Shown piece after piece: positions 1 through 13,450 of a stretch of 64,000 bases of DNA. The DNA is from Perkinsus chesapeaki ATCC PRA-425 (lineage: Eukaryota; Protista; Perkinsozoa), in the NCBI GenBank assembly GCA_013115145.1, contig JAAPAO010000117.1:1-64000 (forward strand). The letters are read 5' to 3'. Every line of letters starts with the position of its first letter. Position 1 is the stretch's first letter. The notes beneath the pieces were generated by a model. The model was not told where the DNA came from, made no database searches, and worked only from the letters and a program-made list of their open reading frames with translations. A program made the translations under genes and the position numbers.

Positions 1-86
1 AACGGTTCGCGGGTCGCGGGTTCCAATTTAGGTATTCGACACCCTACCGCTCGGGAGGAAGGACTCGGGTAATCACAGTTATGAGA

Positions 87-780
87 TTATAACACTGGAG
101 GAACAGTGGACCAGTATTGCTTCAATATCTCCTCGTATAATAAATTGATACCGAAATGAGCGTCGCAATTTTGACCCTGATAACCCTCCCTTCCTGGCTT
201 GAGGAACAGCTCCTTGATTAAGTTACCAGTCGCCTTATGCGAACAAGGTAATAAAGCACTGAGGCAGTACTGCACTCCCTGCCACGATTCGTATTGTGTA
301 GTCCTATTGAAGCTCTTTCTCCTACGGTAGGATAATGAACAACTCAACGGCATATTTAATGAAGCATATCTAAAGCATATAGTAACGGCCACAGTGGCAA
401 ATACCCGAGATGCACCACGATCTCAAGCCGTAAGAAATACAGGACGGACTCATTACGGATTCAGTGCATATTTTTGCAGACGAGTTTGTGTGTCCAGCTT
501 TCTTGCTAGGCTTCTGGTACTCATAGTTACAAAATACGTACCGGTTGCAACCGGTTTCTCTTAACAACCAATAAGCTGGTATTGGTGGCGAGGATAAGCC
601 AGTGAGAGAAGATTAAACTCCCTTGCGTCCAAGAAAACTAACGTGTGATGCGTTCTATGCCTCCTCATTCTTGCATTATGCTACGCAGCGTAGCCTGTAA
701 TCCACGGCTCCATGACGCCACTTGAGCCCAGGCAATTCTCCTCTCACGGTATATCGATTAACTATATGTGCTCATGGCGA
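87..780 (-). CDS. Unassigned minus-strand coding exons (hypothetical protein, 3' part)
   Basis: ORFs 87-392 and 370-567 share the strand of the neighbouring block and have AG acceptor-like boundaries; no recognisable motif. Confidence 0.3.
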
Positions 781-1148
781 TGATAGGATGCTCTAGCTCC
801 TAACAAATACAATATGTCCTCGCCACACCTGAGCACCTCATTTCACACTAGGCCTCCTAAACTCTATAAGATCTCATAATGCTATAAGGTAAACCTGGCG
901 ACTAGTGTTGATGTTATATGCAATGGTGTCTCAGAAAACAAAGTTGTCATCGGTACGAACAACAAGATGGATTATCTGGTAGCAGGCCAGATGGTCCGAG
1001 GACAGATATAATCGATACATGCAACTATTCCCATTCCTGCGTGTGTTGCATCCTTCAACTTGTCCGAGGTAGGCTCCACTCACACAAACCCCTAAAGAGT
1101 TATATGGCTAGTGTTTTATCCACCTTGTTTGTTGTTTTGTTGTAGTAG

Positions 1149-2569
1149 TTAAAGAACACAACTGTACATTATGAATGGAAAAGTGAATAAATATAATGGA
1201 TAAGGGCCTTCACCATGATATATGATGTTGCGGCATTTACAGATGATGTTACTACTATAGTCTATGTCTGAATGTAGCCGAGGAGGCCAGGGATCCTCTA
1301 CCACCCACAGTCTGGCCAGTGGATATGCTGGAACATAAATCAGAAGTAGCGTATTCATAACGCCGTTGATCCTTGCCATGTGTATTTCCATCTCGAGGTG
1401 GGTGACGATGTGTATTCTTCTGAAAGATATCGATACAGTCCCTTGGATAGACTGGACACGTGTGATGCCTACCATCAAAGACAGTAGATCGCCTCGTTCC
1501 CCAGTGCCCAGCATACGTAATATTTCATCATCTATTTTGCTGCTACAGTGACTAACTGCGCTTCTTGCTCTCCCGTTGGGGACTAGATCTCTCCCCAATG
1601 GCAGCAATGACTTTGTTGGTCCGTCGATATCATCATCACAGTTCATTCCATTCATCAGCGCCTCGCTGGGTTCCTCTGTGTATGGCAACTTATCAAAATC
1701 ATGTAATGTTCGCTTTCTCTGTCTCCTATATCTTTCATTCGCCTTCTCTGCACTCAATAATTGTGCATTCAGTTTAGCTGTCTCTCTGTTGCACTCTGCC
1801 ATTTTGCATTTAATATCGGCTCTGTCAGAAACATGATAATCTCAACACACACCGTAATAGATAGAATACTTTTTCTTTTCTAGTGTTCTCAAATTTTCCA
1901 GGAGCAGTGTTGCTGATCGGTGGTCATCCTCTATTGTCTCATGTACTCGACTCTCCCGAGCCGCGCTCGACTGGCCTGTTGCTGAGTGTTTATGATTATG
2001 ATGGTACTCCTGAAATAGCCACACATCTATCCACACCAGAGCAGCAGTGGCGGCCGTGGCTGCCTCACCCAGAATCTGAGAGCCTGTTTAACATGGATTA
2101 AAGCTGAGGAAGGAAAACTGTTCACGACATAGGCTGATATCATAGCAACCTTCTTTGGCGTTCATCCCATAACCCATCAATAGTATTGGTAGCGTTTTGC
2201 TGTGATTCATGGATATCAGCTCAGTTTGGTCAGGTGCTAAACGAAATCGTACTCCACTCTGGCGGCAAATCGGGCACTGGTGCATCTACCAACGTAAAGT
2301 AAAGGTAAGCAACGATAAAGTACAGACATCCTGATCGATCGGTGATAATTTCCTTTTCTGCTGCCACACTCTATAATGTGCCGTGCATATAATATCACCG
2401 CATGTCCCAAACAGGAGCCTGAATAATAAAAATGTTCTTAACAATGATTGAAGCTACATTCCTACTGCGTTAGTGGTTCAGCAGTTAGTTGGCCCTTCCT
2501 GCTCCCGCCAGCCTCCTTGCATGACTTCACACCACATATGAAACCTGGTGTATTAGAACGATGCGTCAT
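1149..2569 (-). CDS. RING-finger plus coiled-coil protein, HEI10/CCNB1IP1 (Zip3-family)-like
   Basis: Hand splice gives MTHRSNTPGFICGVKSC...GTCGDIICTAH...CPICRQ...LLMGYGMNAKEGSQILGEAATAATAALEY...coiled coil...RYRRQRKRTLHDFDKL. This parallels HEI10 TCGHLLC/CPIC/PQILMKSAYRSVMFY/RQKRKLDEMYDQL. 3' end uncertain. Confidence 0.55.
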
Positions 2570-2709
2570 AGGATGAGTTGCGAGTGAGCTGCCATTATGC
2601 AGGTCAACCAAGAACCAATCTGGGTGATCAGCGTGCAAAGCAGTTTATCCTGTTAGAACGAAGAACGCGCGACTCGATGATGGCACTGAAACTTTATCAT
2701 CACCGCATG

Positions 2710-3678
2710 TCAAGGGATATCATACTTCGGATATTTTGTGGGTTTACAATTCATAAGAAGAACGATCTCTTGCTGATAGCCCGGCCAATCGGAACGGATA
2801 CTTCTCCTAGCAAGTTCATACCATTCTGACTTAACAGCGTCAAAGAAGAGCTTTGCTCCAGTTGATACGGTGGTCGTTGTTGCCGTTGGCCATTCTCCAA
2901 TAAATACAATAAATTGGCCGGTGAAAGCTTTGAGGACCTTGAATGCAAGAGCATCAGGTTCATGTGGTGGCCAGCTTAACCATAACACCTCACATCTGGG
3001 TGACCACGATCTAACTGACTCGATTGCATCCTTTTTAACTATGTTGCGAGACCACCTTAATTGGTTGGCAGGTTGGGCGTCGGACATCTCGTAGTGCAAC
3101 AGCTGATTATCCACTCTAGAGGAGATTGCGTTATTTATAAGATAACCATGCCAACCAGCACCGGCAAAGGGATCAATGATACCAGTTAAGTTAGACGAGG
3201 AGTTGAGTCGCCTTACAAGCACATCTATGATCCACTCTATTTCCCCGCTGGACACAAGTGCCCAAGCATATCGATGACAACAGTATTCTCGCCAAACTCT
3301 CATCAACTTGCTAACTTCAAGTGGTAGTTCCCTCACCCTGATCTTCACTATACAATCGCTTGCGTCTTTCAAGGCTGTTAACATGCCCTCATATCTTTCG
3401 ATCACATCGCGTTGTCCATCTTTATCGGACGATATTATAGCTCCTCGAATGGAATCAAATAGATTTAATAATTGTGGTGCCGGCTTTAGCCTTGCCATTG
3501 CACGTCGAGCATCCCTAATATTGCTAACCTTGAGTATTCGCATTGTAGCGCTATCAAATCTTGTGGTGAACCGTTGGAGATCAGATGCCAAGAGATGGTC
3601 AGTGTGAGTTTGAGATGAGCCTTCATCACATAGAGCTAGTTTCATACGTAAATGGAAAAGTGCGAAATACTTTACCAA
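2710..3678 (-). CDS. Intronless class I SAM-dependent methyltransferase-like protein (uncharacterised family)
   Basis: 322-aa ORF with YAWA, motif I IIDPFAGAGW, acidic residue after strand 2 (MSD), LWLSWPP, IVFIGEW, STG and DWPGY. Confidence 0.7.
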   Translation of the reverse strand: MVKYFALFHLRMKLALCDEGSSQTHTDHLLASDLQRFTTRFDSATMRILKVSNIRDARRAMARLKPAPQLLNLFDSIRGAIISSDKDGQRDVIERYEGMLTALKDASDCIVKIRVRELPLEVSKLMRVWREYCCHRYAWALVSSGEIEWIIDVLVRRLNSSSNLTGIIDPFAGAGWHGYLINNAISSRVDNQLLHYEMSDAQPANQLRWSRNIVKKDAIESVRSWSPRCEVLWLSWPPHEPDALAFKVLKAFTGQFIVFIGEWPTATTTTVSTGAKLFFDAVKSEWYELARRSIRSDWPGYQQEIVLLMNCKPTKYPKYDIP

Positions 3679-3768
3679 TTCGTCTCGTGGTATTCACAAC
3701 GCAATCTAGTAGTCCGAGTACGTTATCGTAGAAACAAACACACAAAGGGGACAGTCTGAATTGTATCG

Positions 3769-5721
<1,953 letters not shown>

Positions 5722-5893
5722 GGACAGATAGGAGGTGTAGTGTCCTGATTAATGTATGTAATAATGAGACACATTACAACACAACAGCAGTATAGTAGTA
5801 ATGTGTATATAACAGAAAGTATTCCTGGGGTTATCCAGTTACGATAATAAAAGCAGCCACATCATCACCATCTTTATGGTCACATCATTAACA

Positions 5894-8800
5894 TCAATCT
5901 CGCATAAATCTACTGAGGTGGTGGTGGTAGGGCTGAACTACTTCCTCTGGGGGTGCCCGCTGCCGCCGCTGCAGTTGAAGTAGTACTCTGTTTATTTACA
6001 GGTGCCGTACTGCTGCCAGTCACTTGCATTAGTGATGCAAATGGATCTAAAGTGGTAGTCTATTATAACACAACTATGACAGTGGCGTACGTATATCGTA
6101 CCTGTTGTGCCATGAACTTGATGAGGTCTCTGCCTTCTGCTTGCATGAGGAAGCATTCTCTTCGGAGCTGGTCGAGGCTTTGATGGTTGAGCAAAGGCTG
6201 CGGGGGGGAAGCCGCCATCAGCCCCTTGGGATGCTGCTGCTGCTGCAGGTGATGATGAAGATGACGCCGCAGGGGATTCAGCACTGATGGGCTGCTGGTC
6301 CACTGACGGAGTTGGTGATGAGGCTCCAACAGCAGCACCAGCAGTCTGGCTGTTGTTGTTAGGTGAGGGCATCATAGGACTGACCCCTCCGCTTGGTGGG
6401 CTGGGAGCTGTAACCGGTGGTGATGGTGCCATAGCAGGAGCCGGAGGCCGTACAGCAGGAGGAGGAGGGGCATGGTGCTGCTGCTGCTGTACTCCATTGG
6501 ATGGTGAGGGAGCGGTAGTAGTAGCATTGACCGGATGGGGGGAGCCTTCTCCTCCTAAAGTTCAACATTCCATTGCCCTACTTAATATTCGTCTAAGCCC
6601 TACTTCTTATCCCATTCGATGGCAGCACTGAACTAGGATGGTACTGCATACCTACCGGTGCTGGTGCCGCCCCTGTCGATACCCCACCTGCAGTGCGAGC
6701 CGTGGCCACCGCCGTTGGACTGGTAACTGCAGCAGCAGCAGCAGTAGCTGTCTGTGATGGTGTTGTTGTTGTTACCTCCAGTAAATGCAGCATGTACACC
6801 AGGTGAGGCAATGCTTGACTTCATAGTCTCGGCCACTGGTGATATAGGTCCACTAGGGGGCATTGAGGGAGGAGCATGAGGAGGAGGAGGGGCAGCCGCT
6901 CCAGGTAGCGTAGAAGGAGAAGCAGCACTGGCTACTGGTGGTGGACCAGGAGGGGCAGTGTTGATAGGGGCTGGCCTTAGACCGTTGAGGTTGGGGAGAA
7001 CAGGATGAGGAGGAACGGCCGCGGGTATCTCATCTGAAGTGGTATGAGATATTCAATATATGATATCAACAACAAGCAGCAGCAGCAAGGTGATGATGAT
7101 TGAAATCGCGATATATGGAGCAAATGGCTGATGATGAAATGACGATGCTACTTCTCGATCTGTCATCCTCTTCATTTGCGAACGATTCGTCTCCATCTGG
7201 TGTATTATTCTCCTCCTCTTTATTGTTATTTTGTTCAAACTCAGCTAGCGATGATCTCTCCTCTTGAGTAAGGTTCGACAATGACCGTGATGTAAGATGT
7301 TCAATAACCTGACCAGACCACATCTCTATTCGCTGCTATTAGTACTACCTGTTGACTAGAGGATAATAGTTCACAGTCGACCTCATCAAGATCTTGCTTC
7401 AACACCGCAATATCACAAATTATACCATTAAACTTGGACTAACAATCAATGAACTGCTGCTGCTGTTGCTGTTGCCTTCTACAGTAGTATTACTACCTGA
7501 CAGTCCTCCATAAATGACTGTAAGCTTTGTGTGGTGTAGTTTGCCATCTGCCCTAGATATTGTATCTAACCAGCATCAGCACATTGTAAATGCAACACCG
7601 CTATACCACGTTCTTATTCACCACCTGTTGTATCAGTTGTGTGAACTGTTCTTCACTAATGCCCCCAGCAGCGGTTGGAGGTAGCGGAGAGCCAGCAGTC
7701 GGTAAGACTGCTGTAGGTGTATTGGCTGCGAACTGTTGCTCCATCTTAATACGAGAATCTCTAAACCTCCAAAGAGCAGCATCATCAGCCTTGGGAAGAG
7801 CTGGAGATTTTTTCTTCAACCATGCATATACCAGAGTAAGCATTAATACAGCACAAGTGATGTATAGGTCGATTAATGGTGACTCACAGCCAGTAGCTGC
7901 AATTATGTCCCTCTTCAGTGGTTGGGCATACGTAAGCCAAAGTCCTTCGGCTATTAGTAAAGCCTCCTTGGCCTTAACTTCAACTTCATCCTTAAACTTA
8001 TTAAATGCTGATTCAGTAGGCACTGCTGCTGCCTGTGTAGTTGGCACAGATATTGTGGTAGTAGGTGGAGGAGCTGGGCTTGTTGAAGCCCCTTGGCCTG
8101 GAGGAGGAGGAGGAGTCAAACCTCCTGGACCAACATCCTTGTCAGTGTGTAATGGGACTGCAGTAGCAGTTGTTGTTGTAGTGATATGAGTATTACTGCT
8201 ACTACTAGTGTTGCCTCCCTCCTCTAGATGAGTCCATGCGCTACCAGAGGCCTTTACCTGCTCTTCCTTGCTATCTGCTTTACTCGATCCTTCTCCATCC
8301 ACATCCTTATGGGCATCGAGCACACCCTCTGAGCTACTATCCTCTTTTTGTTCGGATGTGTCCTCTGTCGATCTCCTTTCCTCATCTGCTACTCGTCGTT
8401 TATGATCTTCCTTTTCTTCCCCTTTGCGTTTAGCAGCTGCCTCATCCTCCTTTCTTTGCTTCTCTTTTGCCTGCTTCACCTCCTTCTCTTTCCTTTCAGC
8501 CTCCGCCTTTTCCTTTCTTTCAGCTTCTTCCTTTACTTTCTTTTGCCTTTCGGTCTCCTCTTTCTCCCTTCTCTCGTCTTCTTCCTTTGCTTTCTTTTCA
8601 GCTTCCTCCTTCATCTTTCTCTCCACCTCTTCGCTCTTTTTCTTCTCAGCTTCTTCCTTTTCTTTTCTCTCAACTTCTCGCTTCTTCCTTTCGGCTTCCT
8701 CCTTTTCCTTCCGTTCGGCTTCCTCCTTTTCCTTCCTTTCGGCTTCCTCCTTCTCCTTCCTTTCGGCCTCCTCCTTTTTCTTCCTGTCGGCCTCCTCTTT

Positions 8801-10147
8801 CTCCTTCCGTTCGGCTTCCTCCTTTTCCTTCCGTTCGGCTTCCTCCTTTTCCTTCCGTTCGGCCTCCTCCTTTTCCTTCCGTTCGGCCTCCTCCTTTTCC
8901 TTCCGTTCGGCTTCCTCCTTTGCCTTCCTTTCAGCTTCTTCCTTTGCCTTCCTTTCAGCTTCTTCCTTTTCCTTCCTCTCGGCCTCCTCCTTTTCTTTCT
9001 TTACCCTCTCCTCCCTTTCCTTCTTCAGCCTATCCTGTGCCTCCTTCATAAGCTTATCAGCCCTCTCTTTCCTAGCTCTTTCTTCCTCTTCCCATACTGC
9101 ATCCTCATGTTCATCACCATCCTTAGCAGTAGAGACTGCAGTAGGCACAGTGCCCTTCCTTTGCTTCCTCTCGGTAGTATCATCCTCAATAGTAGTAGTG
9201 TGGTCAGAAGGGCTCACTACATGGTCGACATCAACACCACCCTTATGTATCGGCGTAGCCCCATGTCCCTCTGCTGCTGCTTGGGCTGTTGATCGGGCTA
9301 CTGGTATTGCCCCGGGAGTAGGAGGAGGACTCGTAGCAATAGGCGTGGCTGTAACAGTCATGGGAGTTGGCTGCTGCTGTTGCTTATCTTCCTCTTCTCC
9401 TTTAGCATGGTTACCTCCCTCCTCCTCGCCAATAGGATATGCCTTAGGACGGCTACCCATATCCGAATACTTAGATAAAACCTGACAAGTAGTAGTGCCA
9501 TGTTTAAACAACCTTGAAGATTCGGGCTGCTAAACCAATGATGTTAGAATTCACAGAGGAAGCTCAAGTGTCAGGAGGATTTAGTAGTTACAGCAGACCC
9601 GCGATGAAACATTGAAATTGACGATGACGATGATACTAACTTATACTACCTACCACCATTACAGACAGAAAGTACAGATGGTGGTGGTCTCGGGGAAGGA
9701 GTGTAGGCTAATGTGGAAATAATTGGGGGGCAACACATGGCTTTAGATATTAGTGAGTGTACTATCTTAAGAAAGCGTGCGTAACCATAACAAGTATACC
9801 ACATGCGAGTTGTGAACAGTCCTGTATAACGATACCTTTCCAGTCTAAACGTTTTCGGATACTGTGTAGGTTCTTAGCAGTGATTCCTCCCTTATTACAG
9901 GCTCTGCACTATATGTTGGTATATCATCAGCAAACAAGTCCAATGTACCATCCGGACGGACATATCGATCTCCTTCTACTTTATCCCTACCCCTCTCCTC
10001 TACTGCTGCTGCTGTGGATGGCTGGAATAGACAGCACTGGCAGAATAATACAAGTATTAAAAGGTAGTGTGGCAATCTTAAAGGAGAAGACGGCAGTGAT
10101 GATGATGACGATCGTACAGCAGTTGTTCTTCTTGTTACCCGACTCAT
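5894..10147 (-). CDS. Signal-peptide, single-pass membrane protein with Glu/Lys repeat ectodomain and Pro/Ser-rich tail
   Basis: Hydrophobic N-terminus (YLLILVLFCQCCLFQPSTA); 636-aa exon 7601-9511 with EKEEAERK repeats; TM segment LYITCAVLMLTLVYAW followed by KKK; downstream Pro-rich exons 5894-7000. Confidence 0.7.
8430..9030 (-). repeat. Coding 24-bp tandem repeat (EKEEAERK)n
   Basis: Repeated unit ttccttccgttcggc(t/c)tcctcctt on the + strand, more than a dozen near-identical copies, degenerate at the edges. Confidence 0.95.
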
Positions 10148-10315
10148 ATCAAGCAAAAAACTTACACAATTAACAATAAGAAAAGCATGGTATTAAAACT
10201 GCAACACAAAGCAGCATAGTTGGGGGAGGGGGGGGGCAACTATCCAGTGAATGTAAACTAACTGTGAACTGCTTTGAGGATACAGAGAAACTTATCCCCA
10301 ACAGAAATGTAAGAA

Positions 10316-13009
10316 CTAATGCTGCTGCTGTTGTCCAGAAACCTGATTCATGTGGTGACCACTTGGCTTGCGGTCTTTACCAATAGTCTTGAATTTAGCA
10401 AGGGATGCTCTGAGAGTAAGGCAGTAGGAGGAGGAAGCAGCAGCAGCAGTTAAGTGGGTTTACTATTACCTATTAGGGTTCATAAACTCCTTAACCATGT
10501 CATCAGTAACCTTTGCTCTTGCCTCCTGATGCTGTTTAGTGAGCTTAACAAGCTCATCCACTAAGATGTTTTTAACCTAGAATATAACCTATTACCAACA
10601 GGCTACTACCATTCCCTCCAACTAACCTCTCCAGTGAGGAGCTTTCCAGAGGAGTAATCCTCACCAATCTGCTCGAACTTCTCATCATCATCCATAATAT
10701 ATCTACCACACTACTACATCAACACCACTTTTTAACCACCCCTCATGATGTACCTTAGATACTCATAGGCTACATCAACATCAAGATTAGCTCCAAGCCT
10801 CCTCTGTTCCTCAGCTGTCTCCTGTCCTCCAGAGAAGCAGTACTTCATTATCTTATTCTTGATCTGTATCCAATAACTCTATCATCCACTACGCCATGTA
10901 CTTTGCTTATTACCTCTTTAGGAGTATCAGTTACCATAATAGTAGTATTACCAACACTACCGCTCATCTTAGTCTTATGACCTTGAAGAGCCGGGAAGAA
11001 CTTGGAATGGATAAGAGCAGGTTTAAGCATTCCCATACGTGGGGCAACATCCCTAAGACCAAGGCTAATCTATCACCAATGTTGTATTGGTGGCCTAATA
11101 CCTAGTAACCCTGAAGTAAGGGTCCTGATCGATAGCCTGGGGAATGAGACACATAATATCCTTACGGTCACCAAAGATGGATGGGAAGGTGGTAGAGAAG
11201 GATGGGCTGGCTTGGATAGCACAGAAGCTGGACTTACCAACACTATCGGAACCTATGGTATGCACTCGAAAGGTAATGGATGATAGTTAACCAACCTGTG
11301 AAGCCGAATGCACCCCTGGCTTGGTTATAAGTGATAAGCTTCTGTATCTTGCATACATTAGGGTACCTAAGATATAGTAGTGAAGGAGGGGGGGGGAGTG
11401 CCCACTATATTACATAGTCCCCATATAGTCGAGGTCAGAGAATATAAAGGTCTTGCTCATATCAAACCCACATGCAATAATATCCTTAGCATTCTCATAT
11501 GCTAGACGATGAGCTTCCTCGAGAGTCTATAGAGAATGAGTAAAGGAGGAGGAGGAGGCGGCAAGTTAGGGGGCGGTGCTGATGAGCTTACGAGGTAGTC
11601 CTTGAAGAAGAACTTCTCATCATCAGTGAGCTGGATAACCAGCGGCACATCAAAGGTGTCCTATAAGGAGAGATATTGAACTAGTACAAGTATACTGTAA
11701 AGGGCTTACTTGCAACCACTTAGTGAACTGGAAGGGCACGAGATGACCAAGATGGAGGGACTCAGATGATGGGCCACGACCAGTATAAAGGTAAAATGGA
11801 ATACCTATTATATGGTTGCGTGTGTATAGCTAGTAGTGTGGAGGAGTGGTGGCGGCGGCAGTACTACCTCTCTCATACTTATCCAGAAGGATATTCAAAT
11901 CACGATGAGAGAAGAATAGGCCTCTACGTAGGAACCTATGGGCCTTCTTCCCAGTAACCCTTTCCATCCTATCAATTAGCTTCTGGTCGATGGGAGAGCA
12001 ACCAAAATCCCTAATGAGCTTATCGTAGTCGATACCCTAATAAGTAGTAATATAATGTATATAACTGGAGGAGGGCTTTGTAATTATACCTCATCAGCAC
12101 CTTCTACTTCCCAAGGTGTAACCTTCTGTCCCTCTGATACGCCAAGGACACCCTCTTGAGAGAGTTGTTCTACATAATAACAACAGTTACTCCAATACTA
12201 CTACTACCACCTATACCCTTATTACCATCAGGAACATATGGTACAGCTATCTCAAGTGGAGGGAGGTCCTCAACATTACTATCCTCCTCAGCCATCTCAA
12301 AAACATCAGAGGTTGCCTCAACTAAGAGATGAACATAAGAATATCTACTACTGAATTGAAGGTCTACTACCAGTAAAGGATATCTCCAAGGTGCTCTTTT
12401 TGGCAGAATACTTCCACTTAGTCAGGTTAATTTCCCCCAATAGCCCAGTGGATTTAACAATAGGATGTACCTAATACACCATCTCAACTTATCCTATCGC
12501 CTCTCTATATTATTACATTGCAGTTCAAGTTCCACTGCTCTAAATACACCAGTCTAAGCTCCTTAACAGAGTCAGGGACCTTAAAGCTATCATACATGGT
12601 GTCAAAGTACTTCTTTTCTGCTAGTTCACGAGGTACTCCAGTGAATATCTAATAAACCTTTATACCTACCTATGAGATAGTATTACCTTAAAGGGAGCAT
12701 TCTCCTCCACTTTATTATGCACATTAGTGGCTATAAGCTCCTTCTGTTCCTCTGTAGGCTCATCCTACCAATAACCACATTGACCACACCATACCCAAAG
12801 AACCCTTATTACCTTGATAGAGTTAATGGTTATCTTACCACCACCTTCATGTGGTGATACTCTATCAGTAGTCCTTCCAGTAGGTATACGTAGGACCTAT
12901 CGACATCCTTAATGACCTTGCCTCTCTACCCCTCTGGTATTACAGTACAGACAGCTCCCTTAATAACGTGAAGGGCAGAATCAAAGGCAGGGGATCTGGC
13001 TACAGACAT
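10316..13009 (-). CDS. WARS: Cytosolic tryptophanyl-tRNA synthetase with N-terminal AlaX/tRNA_SAD-like extension
   Basis: [63 protein letters not shown]; ATG at 13009, stop at 10316. Confidence 0.95.
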
Positions 13010-13450
13010 GGTAAAACAATATCTGTTAAGGGAAGGATTTAGTTACCATTAATAGAGCAGGTAGAAGGGGGCACCACTGGCTGAGAATAAAAAATCAGAC
13101 GGAGCGAAGCGGTTCACGAATATTAACTTTTGCAAATAATATTTGGGAAGGGTCTAAAAGTGCGCTATAGCAGTATTATCCTCTGCCTACCCTCTCCCAT
13201 ATATAGTAATGTGCCTGTTATCATCAGTCAAGATGTGTATTTGATATGAGAGCTACAGCCACAAATGAATTTGGGTAGTATAGTAATAGACCAGTGATCT
13301 ATTGGAAGAATGAAACTGGAGAGAATATAAGTGTTTTTTCATAATATAACATAGCTTGTCAGTCAAGACTTATGGTATTATTACCCCTGTCATAGGTAGC
13401 TTCATACTGGCCTATCGAGATATTAAGGTTACTATAGTTGTTATACTATT
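13010..13450. promoter_or_regulatory. Divergent strand-switch region between minus and plus gene blocks
   Basis: 440 bp non-coding between WARS (minus) and the F-box-like gene (plus); lacks long ORFs. Confidence 0.45.

Noticed and set aside
540-555. 16-bp palindrome ACCGGTTGCAACCGGT (and a 7-bp stem at 680-694)
   Set aside because: About one such palindrome is expected by chance in 64 kb
8430-9030. Regular short repeats as a possible CRISPR array
   Set aside because: Head-to-tail coding repeats without unique spacers, in a eukaryotic exon, with no cas genes
8236-9485. Long plus-strand ORFs rich in F/L/S/P (314 aa, 353 aa, 194 aa)
   Set aside because: Antisense shadows of the EKEEAERK repeat exon on the minus strand
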